DNA of 64,000 bases from Tubulanus polymorphus (lineage: Eukaryota > Animalia > Nemertea): assembly GCF_964204645.1 (NCBI RefSeq), contig NC_134028.1:22874345-22938344 (forward strand), given 5' to 3'. The notes under the pieces are model-generated. The model had not been told where the DNA came from. It saw nothing but the letters and a program-made list of their open reading frames with translations, and ran no database searches. Position 1 is the stretch's first letter. Every line of letters starts with the position of its first letter. A program made the translations under genes and the position numbers. Positions 48,210-61,275 of the stretch are shown one piece after another.

Positions 48210-51200
48210 ATGATGATGATGATGGAGCCGACAGTCGATGATATTCAGTATGTTCAGTGCATCTGTCCACATATCAACTCCGACGACATCAGAAATGATT
48301 TGTGCTACACGAGAAACGTTCAACTTACAATCAATCGATGTTTGGATGGAAATGTGAGTCTGTCACAAGTTCGCGGGGAAGCGATTTGTCACGATTAGTT
48401 GTCTTTAAGTCCAAATAATATGTATTTCTGTTTCAAATAACGAAGTGGATATTTTGCCAATATGGCTTTAGTCGAAATTATTTTGCTTAAACATGATTAA
48501 GAAAAATTTATTTCTCCGATTTGGATAACAAAAAGGATCTCAGTAAGATTTTAGGATTATTAGTTAGGTTAAGGTCTTAAAGTGGTTAAAGTGCTTAGGC
48601 CTAAATGAATTCTGGCGGCGGGAACCAATGTTATAGTAATAGAAGTGTGGGGACAGGTGGTTGGTTTGGAATCCTGATCCCAAAAAGATACTGTGCTCTC
48701 TAGAATAGTCAGTAACCTGTCTGTGGTTTGATAGTTTCACGTTTGGATATTTTCACAAACCACTCAGAATATTGTTCGAGTATAGTTGGTATAAGCCCAC
48801 CCAATTATAAAAGCTTACCACCAATGATTAGTGAACTAGCTATCTTTAAAATAAAATAGATGGAACCGTGGTATTTGGTAGTTATTCATGAACTACACTC
48901 AAACAATATACCAACTACACTCAAACAATATTTTTAGTGGTTGGTGAAAATATCCAATCGTGAAACTAAACCACAGACAGGTTACTGTTAAGGTATTTCT
49001 TTGCTTGAAACTTACGCGGAAATTTGAGACTGATGCATGTTCTTTGGTGATTTCAGTATTTGAGAAAGTGCCGTCCGATTATAAAGAGTCCCAGTAAAAA
49101 AGAAGCCGACGCTTTGTTGAAAGCTATTAACGAAAGTCAGCTGGAGGAATTAGACTGCGAGAAAGTGGACGACGAGCAGTTGAGGTCGTTTATCAGCGAT
49201 TGCAGCCCGAGTCCGAATAAAACGAAGGGCAAGATCATCAACAACGGAAGCTTCTCGAGCCCTACCCTTACGCCGGGAAAAATAGTGAAATATCCGCGTC
49301 CCCCGAATCTCAAGACGTCGACGATAACCGCGCGTGATTTCAACAATACGAAAACGAAAATCTCGGCCGTCGATCATTTGGATAATTTAGTTGGTAGTTT
49401 CTTGGATGATTTACACAACGAACGCGGTACGATCGACAAAACGATTTCGATCAAAAAAGAACCCTCGTCGTCGACGACCGCGCAACAATCGAAGCAAATA
49501 TTGTCTTTGAATTCGGGGATTAAGTACAACCATGGCGACGTTATCGAACTATCGGATAGTTCAGATGACGAGGGTTCGTCGGTGCGGCCGAACGACGACG
49601 GCGAACAATCGTCAGCCAACAACGCGGCGTTTTCGACAAAACGTAAATCGAGTTTTAGTTTACTGCGGAGTCCAGTGAAGAAATCTAAAGCCGCGACGAT
49701 AAACGCTAGTCCTCAGCTCGGCGTTAGATCGCTTCTCGGTTCGAGTCCACGATTGATGGCGAGGGGCGGCTTTACGAGTCATCATCACAACATACGTCCC
49801 AATATCGTTCGAATCGGACCCAGACTGAATAAAGCGTGGAATCACGCGCCGAATCCGACGCGATTCGCTCAACCTCGCGTGGCGACGAGTCTACTGAATT
49901 CCACGTCGGCAGCTTCGTCGCGGCTCGCGAATAAAAGTAACGGTAAACAACGCGTCATCGCGACCGACCAAAACGGACAAAATCGAACCGATGATACGAC
50001 GAGTACTGGGAATCATTTAGAAACACGCCACGGTTCGGATGACCCCACCGATGAAAAACATAGTGATAACGAATCTGTCGATTGCGGGGGGAACAAAAAT
50101 GAAAAAACTAGTCAAATTATTGAAACACGGGATGAGGAGAACATCGTCAATCAAACCGCGACGAGATTAAACCCACCGAGCGACGACCGGCTCAAACCTA
50201 CTTCGGATAACAGTGATAACGATCAAAACAGTATTCCTCCTAATCAGAGATCGCACGTGAATACGAACGGCGAGAAATCCATGACAGCACAGCCGTATAA
50301 CACGGCAATTACTAATGATCACCCGCCGTCTGAAGATAGAATTGTTCCGTCAGTGTCGGGCGGGACGAAGGCTTTTGATAGCTTAAATACGGGACAGCGG
50401 TTAACGCACAATAACCCTTCTTCCGGTCACAATCAAAGCGCTCAATATAACAGTTTAAATCCAGTATTGAATCAAGAGGGCAATAAAAACAGTTTTGTCA
50501 ACAACTGGAATAGTCAGCAAAATTGGAACAATCAAAATCAGAGTGGTGGCAATTGGAAACGGAATGAGTGTTACAGTCAGAATTCATGGCAAAATCAGAA
50601 TCAGAATTATGCGAACGAGTATCCCGATACTAATTATCAGGATGATACGGAGTATCAGGGTAACGAATTTGGTAACGCGGAGGAACATCCGAAAACGTAC
50701 GATACCTGGGTACACAAATCCAATCCTTGGAATACGGAGGATGGGTACGACGATGGCGGATATGAAAACTTTGAGGACGGGGGAAACGCGTGGGAGGATG
50801 ATCTTTTAGACGGTGCCAGCAGTCAGCCGACGACCGAAGAAGATGCGACGGACGAATGGAGCGATTATAACAGTGCAATAACGACATCGGCGAGTCAGAT
50901 AACAACAACTACTATAGGTTCTTCTAGTCAGAATAGTACGGCTTCCTCCGGCGCGGTGAAGAGTAGGAGTAAGAAAACTGCCGAACAATTAGCTTTAGAA
51001 AAACAAGAGAAACTACACAAACAGGTTTGGATTCATTTCATTGATTCACTGAGAATGTACAATCGTTCAGCCACCCATATTAACCTGTGTTTAGTACTCA
51101 GTGTCACCTTTTACATGCTTGTCATACAGCCTTCTATTGGTTGGTTTACTGTTCAGGCACAGGCCTAACTGTATTCCATGTTAGCCTTGATGTTTATTTG

Positions 51201-54200
51201 AGATTACTGTATAGGCCTATAATCCTCTTTATGAAAATGCAGGTATATGGATGGAAAATGTAGAGGGCTCTTACAGATCAGGGGATATTAGGGAATTCCA
51301 GATTTTTTTTTGCCTTGTAGGGAAAATCAGGGAATTCTGACTCTTGAAAATCAGGGAATTTGAATTTTTGGTGTCTCGCTGTTCCTGCTGGTGACGAGTG
51401 GCATGAGGAACCTCGTGATAAGAAACAGCAGCCCTCATCGAGGATATGTCATCATTTTATCAGGGAATTTTTATTTAATGGCCAGGGATTCTGGAAATAT
51501 CTGGGAATTTTAGATTCCCTGATCTTTAGAACTCTGAACAGATGACGAATAAGTATTTGAAGGTTATGAGATGTGACGGTCTTTTTTTTTTTAATAGGAA
51601 GAAAGAGAAAGGAAAAAAGCGGCGAAAGAACAAGAGAAGCTGGACAAACAAAAACAACGCGAATTGAAACTACAAGAAAAAGAGCAAAAAAAACTGGAAA
51701 AAGCGAAGGAAAAGGCGGCAAAAAAAGCAGTTCAAGAAGCGAATAAGAATTCGAAACCGGGAGAATGCACAAAAGTAAGTGAATGTATCGGCAGACGTGG
51801 GGTGTAACTGTAGTTTCTCCACTTCTCTCTCTCTCCACTATGTGACACAGTGTTATTAATGATTAGGTTCATGGAAAAGTGGCCACTTACTTGGAAATCA
51901 GGGAAAAGTCAGGGAAGCTTCTTTTCTTTAAAAAAGTGAGGGAATAGTGAGGAATTTTGTGAAGAAGCTGAAAATCGGGAAAAAGTGGCGGAAATTTGTT
52001 GATCACGCGTATAATCAAACAGTTTCCGTCTACGTTTTATGTATTTAACTGTGTTAATAAATTGATTGGATTCTTAGCCGATCGGGTCAGGGAAAACACC
52101 GTGCATGTCCGGGAATAGTCAGAAAAAAAGCTAGTCAACTAAAAGTAGCCACCCTGATTAGGGACGCCTTAACGCCTTATTTTCTATCGATAGTTAATGG
52201 TAGTCATGATCGACAGCGGATTGATAAACGGTTCTAGTTTAGCGCCGGCTCTACTGGGCACGTTACAGGGCGCGTCGGTTAACTATAGAGTGCAAGATTT
52301 ACCCGTACCGAATAGTATTACGTGGAGACGTCAGGTGCCGTCAACGGAGGTCGATCAGTACGGCCGAGTCAACAATCGAACCGCCGAGAACGACGAAAAC
52401 GAAGCGATCGTTTTCATTCCGATCGATGAATTCGTCGATTTAGTTTATAACGCAGTGAATCCTACCGGTAGTCCGTCGTTGTCGACGTTCGTGAAACAAG
52501 TTCGACAAAACGCCGGCAACAAGAACCTGACGATCATCGTGAAGGACATCGAAAGATATTTCAGGTGCGTCTAAAATTCTGAAATTAGTTTGTCAAGTGT
52601 ATTATAGCGAAACCTCGTAAACAACGAACTTCAGGATCCAGTTCAGTTCCACAGTCATGAGTTAAGAGTAAACTCTGAGTTAAAATGAGTTCATTTTCAA
52701 TGAGCTAACTCCAGTCAAATCTTAACTCACAACCGTGGAACTGGGTCCAGGGGACCAGAAAATTGGGGGGGGGGCTGTGAGTATATCCATTAAGAGATAT
52801 CCATGAGTATATTCATTAAATCCAGTATCAAATGATTGAACTTATCCTATTTGGGATGAATATATTGGCTTGTGATTACACATAAATTGTTATATCCGAG
52901 GTTGTTATAACGAGGTTTCACTGTATGTCGGATTTTGATGATTTGCAACATTCCCGGAGCACCCCCATGTATGCTACTTTAAGCATTATGTTCATAAGAA
53001 TAAGTGGCCAAATTTCAAAATTCTATTTGTGATGGAATTCTAGGTTTTTGATAACTGATAAATCATTATATCTGAAGTCGTCTTAACGAGTTTCCACTGT
53101 ACGCAAGATTTTGATGATTGCATGTACGCATTTTAAAGCATTATGTACATTAGGATAAGTGGCCAAATTTCGACACCCCTCTCTTGGTTGTGTATTTTGA
53201 ATGATTGTTGTTTTATGAGATCAAATGTTAATATTCGGTTCGGGGTTGTTTTGTTTAGATCAGTGAAGACCGTGCAACAAAGAGAATACCGACAAGCCGT
53301 ACTGAACGTCGAAAATCCAGAATCTCAACAAAACAACAAGAAAACTATGTTTAAAGTGGCAAACGTCGATATTACTACTCAGATTACGCGCGTTCAACTC
53401 GAAGAGGTAATTACAACTTTTCTGGATAGAATATCATACAATATTACAGGCTGGCCACTTACATGTACTTGGAATTCAGGAAAAAGTCAGGGAAACCTCT
53501 AATCTTTGAAATAAGTCGGGGGATTTTGTAAAAAAGGAAAAAAAAGTCGGAAATTTGTTGGGATTGTTAGATTGCGCGTATAATCAAACAGTGTTTGTCT
53601 ATGACTTTCATATTTGACTGTGTTAATTGATTGGGTTCTTAGCAGATCAAGTCGGGGAAACAACGTGCATGTCAGTGAATAGTCAGTGGAAAAGCAGGTC
53701 AAATAAAAGTTGCCACCCAGTATGACATTGGTAGCCACTGACCGTGAAAACCTGGAAAACTCAGAATATGAAAAATAAGGGAAACTTCAGAGAATTTGAA
53801 CAAATTTTGCGTATAACATACTAGAAAACTTGGGGAATTTCTCAAATGGGTCGATAACACAAAATGTATTGGGCAAACCGATCGCCAGAACCGGATTCAC
53901 TTGGTCATGACTTGATTTCACCGAGTCGCCAAACGAACAACTGACTGAGTCGACTCAGTCTCCCATATTGTAGATATGTTGTATGTATTTATAGGCTCTG
54001 GTCGATGTACAGGTGAATACAGGTTGTAACGTGAAGTTCGTAGAAACCGAAGACGCCGTCGCTAAAACCGTTTTACAATACACGAAAGCAGTGGCTGAGA
54101 TTACGTTCAAGTGAGCATTTAATGATTGTTAGATTCAGCTGTGATATTGCGTGTTGACGCTTTCATCGTCGTAATGCTGTAAAATTAGTTTTTAGATTTA

Positions 54201-55992
54201 TTTTTGAATCGTAAACATCGCTTATATCATCACTTTTGTCTCATCTATCCTACAGTATTATTGAGTTTGTATATCCAAGGGTACATGATCCCGTTTCGTA
54301 GATTTTTGAGTTAGATTTGACTATACAGTTTGAAATCAATTACCGGAAGATTGTATACAACATTCTAACTAACATTACACTCATGGACCCATTTCCACAG
54401 TTGTGAGTTAGAGTTAACTCTGAGTTAAAGTTAGTTCATTTTCGATGTTTTAACTCAGAGTCAAATTTTAACACACGACTGTGGAACTGGACCATGCAGT
54501 CTATATATATAACTACAGTCAAAGCCCTTTGAAATGCCATCGTCGGAACCAGAAAATTGTGGCATTATAGAGAGTGGCCACTGACTTGGAAAGCGTGGAA
54601 AACTCAGGGAATCAGAAAAATCTAGAAGTCAGTGAAAACCAAGGCAATTTGACAAATTTCACCAAAAACCTGGGAAATTTGGATAAAACTATTGACCACT
54701 TGTTTCTTTATCAATTCGTGATTCAATGAAAGATGAATGAATTGTAACCTAGAAATTTCTCTGAATCACTCAGGGAATTTTGTCTAATTGCATGAAAAAA
54801 TGAAGGGAAAACTCGGGGGATCTGTAAATTGGAAAGTTGCCACCCTGTTATATCGAATTTGCCGAATGGTATTTTTTCGTTGTATTTGAGTGAGATTTGA
54901 CGTATTTTATCTCTGAAGTATGTTGGCATTGAGCGAGTGTTATACACCGCGCTTTCACTGTATCGATGATATATATTCGTAGTTGACTGTATTTTTATTC
55001 GCTCTTTCTTTCACCGTTTCACCGTGTCGTTTTCAGGCAGTCGAGATTGAACAATGCATTTTCATTTATGCCCGATTTATCGGGCAGCGCTCGCGTCGAT
55101 AAAGACGGCAAAGGGTTAATAAAAGTTTGGAAGCAACACATTCAACAATTTCGTAACGTAAGCGCAGATATGGCCGCTGCAATTGTTGCGCAATATCCAT
55201 CTCCGCAAATACTCATTCAGGTTAATATCGGCAGTTTTTACTGATATTCATTATTTCTGTTATGTTTGTATTGTTGATATCGGTTATTGTCTATTTTCCA
55301 GGCCTATAAACGCTGCAATCCCAGAGAAGGCGAATTACTCTTACAAGATATATCAGTAAGTATGGTGGGCTACTGGGACGGATCTATGGGGGGGAAACAG
55401 AAAAGGGAACTTTTTTCAGCAAAAACGCAACTAAAAATCAAATATCCTCCGTGATAAGAGCTTTCTGGGTTTATAAAACTATATTGAAACCATCCTCACT
55501 TGCCAGGGTTTGATTGCTTCGTGCTGAAGTTCATGCCAACACATACCGTGGCCGTAGTTCCTTCATTGGATTCGAGATATCTTGGGCGGACGGGTTGCCT
55601 CTCAGCGGCCACCAGTCTATATATCTAGCTATCTCAATTGGCTGCTTGGAGTACTCAGTCTGATTACTCCGAGGCTACTTAGACTAGTGGTCGCTGAGTG
55701 GCGACCTGTTTGCTCAAAATCTCTTGGGCGGTGTAATAGACCAATGCAGGAACTGAGGCCGGGGGTTTGTGTTGGCGTGAGCTTCGATGGGAGGCAATCA
55801 AACCCTGGCAGGCCAGGATATATTTGAACGTACATGCATGGATTCTAATGTAAACTGATCATGTATTTTGATATTGTGTAGGTGCGAAGGGGCGCCGGAG
55901 TGTTAGAAACTAATCGAAGAATTGGTAAAGAATTGTCTCGTCGAATCTATCAACACATGATGCTTGATAATCCAGAATTTCTACTCGAATGA
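48210..55992 (+). CDS. EME1: Crossover junction endonuclease subunit EME1 (MUS81 partner) with an N-terminal CUE-like domain
   Basis: Exons 48210-48353, 49057-51024, 51598-51774, 52194-52564, 53259-53406, 53995-54110, 55037-55220, 55302-55355, 55882-55992. EME1 motifs: K/E coiled coil then KPGECTK-LMVVMID, PVPNSITWRR, LEEALVDVQV, YTKAVAE, RVDKDGKGLIKVWKQHIQQFRNVSADMAAAIVAQYPSP, VRRGAGVLETNRRIGKELSRRIY. Confidence 0.93.
52640..52748. mobile_element. Palindromic MITE (cagttccacag...gtggaactgg)
   Basis: Terminal inverted repeats around a gagttaactc-like core; second copy at ~54385-54493. Confidence 0.7.
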
Positions 55993-58113
55993 TGAGAAAA
56001 TTTAGTCTCATACGTAGAAAAAATGTACTTAATGTGTTCAAAGAATCATAAATTTTATATCTATACAAAACCAATTGTATCAGTCTTATATTTGTTGGTT
56101 GCGGTGTGTGATCAAATTGACCAGGGTCAGGTTTCGCTGAACTGAACTTTTTGGTTAAGTTTCTGTTGGTGGGTGCGCCATGATCTCGATGAGGACAAAA
56201 AATGAGAACTGGATTAGTCGGGAGTCCCTAGATGAACCCACTACTGCTCGAGGCAATATTGAAAAGGTTTCTTCTTCACCCCACAGGAGTGGAGATGAAA
56301 GGCTATACAGTAGAACCTAGTTACAGCGAACAGGACCAGAAAGTCTGCTCGTTATACCGATAGTTCGATATATCCATGAAATTCATTAAATTTTCTTGGG
56401 ATGCAATTCTATGTTTTAATTATCTAATGAATTGTTGTATCCGAGTTTGTTAAAAAGTTTCACTGTAGAACCCTCCACTGACCACTTCTGTATTTTTCAC
56501 CTGAATCTAGTTGAAAACCAAGCGATCTTCAAGACTACAGAACCATTGACCACCATAAACTCAACTTCTGCATTTTTTACCTGAATCTAGTGGAAAACCA
56601 AGCGATCGAGGACATCTTTTATCCTAATTGTGAACTAAACCGATATCAAAAATATTTCATCTAAAAATAACATTTATTAACAGCAAAAATCTGCGTTACA
56701 TGTAAAAACATTCAGACACATCAGTCCTAAGTATCTAACATAATCAATAATGAACTCGAGATTATAATTTTCGGTTCATCAGTCGTCCAAAAAATCCAAC
56801 CGTCAACTCATAACTATGTAATGTAATAGATTCTGATGAATTGAGCATCATTTTGATTGACATGATTTATACTGACAAAAGAATTCGATAATTACTACTG
56901 AAAACAACAGACATAAACAACAACACTATTGATGAAACTGAACCTTATTACAATGGTTAATTAATTGAAATTAGGAATCAGTAAATTGTGAATCGATTTC
57001 ATTACCTGTATTTTTTGGACGGATTTTATAGAAGAGAACGAATTATCGAGCAAAAACGTGGGAAAGCGTGAAATGTTTAAACTTGTTTCTATACGAGGAT
57101 GAATTCAGAACCAAAGATTGTGTAATGATTTAGGAACGAACAATAACACGACAACGAATATGAACCCAGTTTCACAGACGGGATACGAACTGTGGAACTG
57201 GATTCAAATACAGGGTCCGATCTAAGGAATAAAAGCCACTTGCCCCGGGGCAAGCATATCTGAAACTTTACTTGCCCCTTCAAAAATCTACTTGCCCTAC
57301 ACGCAGTCAAACTGTTGTATTGATTGGGAAAAAGCTTTGCAACATAAAAATGCACTAGCCTGGAGGACAAGTGATAATGATAACCTACTTGCCCCTATGA
57401 TAATATACATGTCCCGGGCAATTGGTCATGCTTAGATCGGACCTTGAAATAACATACCGGTAAATAAATGCTCATCGAAACACGAAGCAGTTCTATGAAG
57501 GATTTTTCTAGGAAGAATATTTTTTGATTTGGCGGAATCTGGAAAACACGGAATAAAATTGAAACCAAAATGCACTGCTGGCTAATACAATGTAACAGAA
57601 GCTCAGGGGCTAACAACATATTCTTTTCACAGGAGGTCGGTTACAGTGTACGAGGAAGGTTGTCGTATGGTTGTATTAACTTGAACCTTGCCACGCAAAC
57701 CCCTTACTACTACTAGTGGTGAAGAATGAAGTATACCCTTTATCAAAACATGATTCAATCTGCAGCCTGCACAATGCAACCCTCAAAGATTCTAGGGTCT
57801 GGACCCCTCAGGCGTTATAACCAATTTTTGATTGTCTACACTTCACAAGCAAAGGCATTGTGGTCTATAGTATTCAAGTTCCAAAACAGTAATATGCCTG
57901 AGGAGCACAATAGATACATGCGTATGTGCTTCTTAAGGGAAAGTAGGATAAGATTGCAGAAAAAGACATGAACATTTTCTGCAAACAAAATTTTCGTGGA
58001 ATTTCACACTTTTTCACAGGAATTTTAACTTTTTTCGAATTTTCACAACAATCTTGCACTGCGGGCTCGTTTCAGACTGCAGACTGAAAACCAAGCAAAA
58101 GCTTCTGTTCATT

Positions 58114-58994
58114 CTAAGCGTAAAGTTTCATTTGTTGTTGCATCTCTTCGAATGATGAAACTCCGTATCCCCCTCCGTTCTCTTCGCAACCCGTCGATTT
58201 CATCAGTTCGAATATTTCTTTCAACTGTCGTCGCTGAGTTTCGCGTTCCTCTTCAATCTGCTCCGACGTCAAATTCTCCATGATTTTCTTCGTCGCGACT
58301 TTCTGATGGATCTTTTTAACCTCACCCTGTAAATGTTCGACGTATTCAAATGGATCGATGTCTGGTTTCACTGAGTCGCCTAGAAAAAAAAAATAACAAT
58401 AATAACAATGATACTTTTAATTGACGAATTAAATAACGATAGGAAATCGCATAAGCAAACACAAAATATTGCAGAATAGGACGCTGGACAGAGCAACCAC
58501 TGTTTAGGTGTCCTTAATGGTACCTAACCTAACCATATAACACTGTTCTTTAAAAGCACTAATGGAAAGGTGACCTACACTGGAGCCACTATCACTTATC
58601 GCGCATTTTCAACGATCAAATAGTTTTCAGAGGATCAGAAAGCTATATTTCAGTGCCAGTTATTAGTTTGGATTTGGAAATATTTACGGTAAAATTGCCA
58701 TTTTAATCATTAAACTTTTTTTAAATAGCCTATATTTCTAAACTTACTCGTTGAATTCTCTAGTTTGCTTTCTGATTCTATGATCGAACCGGATTCATCA
58801 TTCTTCTCCGCATCATCAGCTACATCTTTGTTCTTCCTTTTCTTGGTTTTCTTCTCCGCCGTCGCGTCTTTCGTGGTGATTTCTTGTTGAGTTCGATTCT
58901 CATGTTTTTGCAATGTATATTTGAACCAGATGAATGCTATTACACCGGCCAGTATAGTAGAACCAATAGCGATATAAATCTGTAAAAGTTTCAT
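58114..58994 (-). CDS. MXRA7: Matrix-remodelling-associated protein 7 homolog (N-terminal TM helix, conserved C-terminal helix)
   Basis: Exons 58994-58748 and 58379-58114 (phase 1). TM segment IYIAIGSTILAGVIAFIWF; C-terminus LTSEQIEEERETQRRQLKEIFELMK...EMQQQMKLY resembles MXRA7 EEEQRVQKEQLAAIFKLMK...QEQLRLY. Confidence 0.8.
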
Positions 58995-60694
58995 GCTGAA
59001 AATGCGTTTAATTCGACGATATTTGATGTAATTTCTATCGATGTAATTGCATCGATTTTGACAGAAACCCGGAAATGAGTGAATGTAAAATGCGGAATCC
59101 GGACTCTTTGTTCATTGGTAAATCACGGTTACCGGATTATACGTACACAACGCGGATCGCGGGCAGAATTTTCTTTCCTAGGTGATCCTGATACCACGGG
59201 CGGTAATCTTAATGGATTAGGGGTTGTGTAGACTACATACCCATAAACTTTAACCAGGAGCCCCTGATCTTACTTGGAAACTTCAAGATCGGAAGCTAAC
59301 CCCTCCATCCAAATGCAACGACGAACACGACGACCCGGCGAGGCCGCAGGACTCGTATGAAACCAGCCTATAAATGACCAACCCCAATCCCTGTATAAAA
59401 CACTTTTTTAAATCATACAGGGCCATAGGTGTCCCCAAAGGAGGGTGCGGGGGTAGCGGACGCACCCCCTTTTCGGCCGTGCGTTTACTGATAAGATGAT
59501 GATCCACTAAAATCCCATTCACAAATCATGTTGTTAAAATAATTTTGATCTTGTCACAATTTTTTTGTTTTTCACTACGGAATGCTGTGAAAGGAAGCAC
59601 ACGAACAGTTGTATGGCTAGAGGATTGCAAAACAGCCGCCAGCCAAATAAATAACACGACCGAATCCAAGGTCTCGGGATCTGTTATTGAATCAACTCGC
59701 TGTACGCTCAGAAGATACCACTCGTTTGAATATGTGGTTTGCCGAATGTATGTATCAACCATTCAACCATGCGGTTCCCGCTAAAATTACCGCAAAATGA
59801 TCGATGGATTCTCAACTACCGAATGCATTAATCAAAACAACATTTCATTCTCAGATGCTTGGTTGTTTGTAATAGTAGTACAAGTAAAATAATGTTATTT
59901 CATTTTTATCATACATTTCACATCACTTGAGTAAGTAATTATTGCCTTGTGTTGTTTGGCTGAAAGTGAATTCAAACCACTCATCTGCCTATCAATGACC
60001 AACCCCATTAAATCTACACTTTATAATAGTCGTCCCATAAGTATCCCCACTCGCCAAAAATTAGAACTATTCGTCAACTTCTGCCCGACTTCATCGTTGG
60101 AAGATGTTCGAATACTTTGTATTATATCTTATCCAAAAATTGACGATTATCGCCTTCAGCCAATTTTAAATATTCATCATTTTGGCAAAGACAATCCGAA
60201 TCTTCGTATGTCGTTAATGCATTCTCGAACCGCGGGGCGGAGTGAACATCTAATTCATAAAAATCGATTATAGTAATTTCATCATTATTGGATAAAATTG
60301 AATAAAACGGTTTCAATTTCTCAATATTTCCGACGAAGAAATTCACACCTAGCTGCTCGTCACGAGACACCTCGTCGATTTACAGAAATCTTCAGAAGAC
60401 AGTCTTTGTATCTATAGTTATACGTGAACCCGGGCGGGTAGAGAGGCTATTTATAGACTTAAACCTGTCCATTGCGTTTACGTCAAATGACGTGAATTGT
60501 TAATTACGCTTTGAGCATCGCGGAATATTCTCTCAGTGATTAGTGTTTAGGTATATTAACGTCACTGTCTAATTATTGACATTCGTTGATTGAGAAGAAC
60601 TTTAAAAGCCGAGACACGAGTCTCGCAGCCATTGTTTAATTATATCTACATGATGCGCGTCCTTACTACAACTCCCGGCCGTGGTTATTACAGC

Positions 60695-61028
60695 AGCCGC
60701 GGTCACACGGAGTATTTTTTGGCCCGGGCCAAAGTGGCACGGATCAGGCCCGAGTCAAATTTGACCCGTCGAATTAGAGAGCGCGTTCACACGAAAACCA
60801 CTCGATAGTAAGAAAAAAGCTCAACCAAAGTGGAGTTATTCATTTCCGGTACCAGTGTTGCAATTCAAACGCAATCATTTGCCCCGTAAAATTTGGCCCG
60901 GGCCTGGTCCGACGTTTTTGGTCGGGCAAAATTTGGAAAATTTGGCCGGGGCCAAACAGGCGCGGGCCCATTTCGGCACCAATGTGAACAGTTGTTCAGG
61001 GCCAAAAATGCTCGTGCGATCACGGCTT
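60695..61028. mobile_element. MITE, PIF/Harbinger-like
   Basis: Imperfect TIR agccgcggtcacacggagtatttttt / aaaaatgctcgtgcgatcacggct, with internal ggcccgggcc motifs. Confidence 0.6.
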
Positions 61029-61275
61029 GTATCCGTGTTGTAGAGAATCCCACAATAATAACATACTGATAGTCATCTTAAGGAATATTAGAATAATAGT
61101 CGAAGCGTTGAATACACTACTTTAGCTCAAGGAAACGTTTTCGGGCTTCAAATTATTTCGTTATCATTGTAGGATTCTCTAGATTAGATTAGATTAGATT
61201 AGATTTTATTTTACTTATAATCATCGCTATAATACATATATTATACACATCTGTTCGCAGACTATCGAATTGAAC

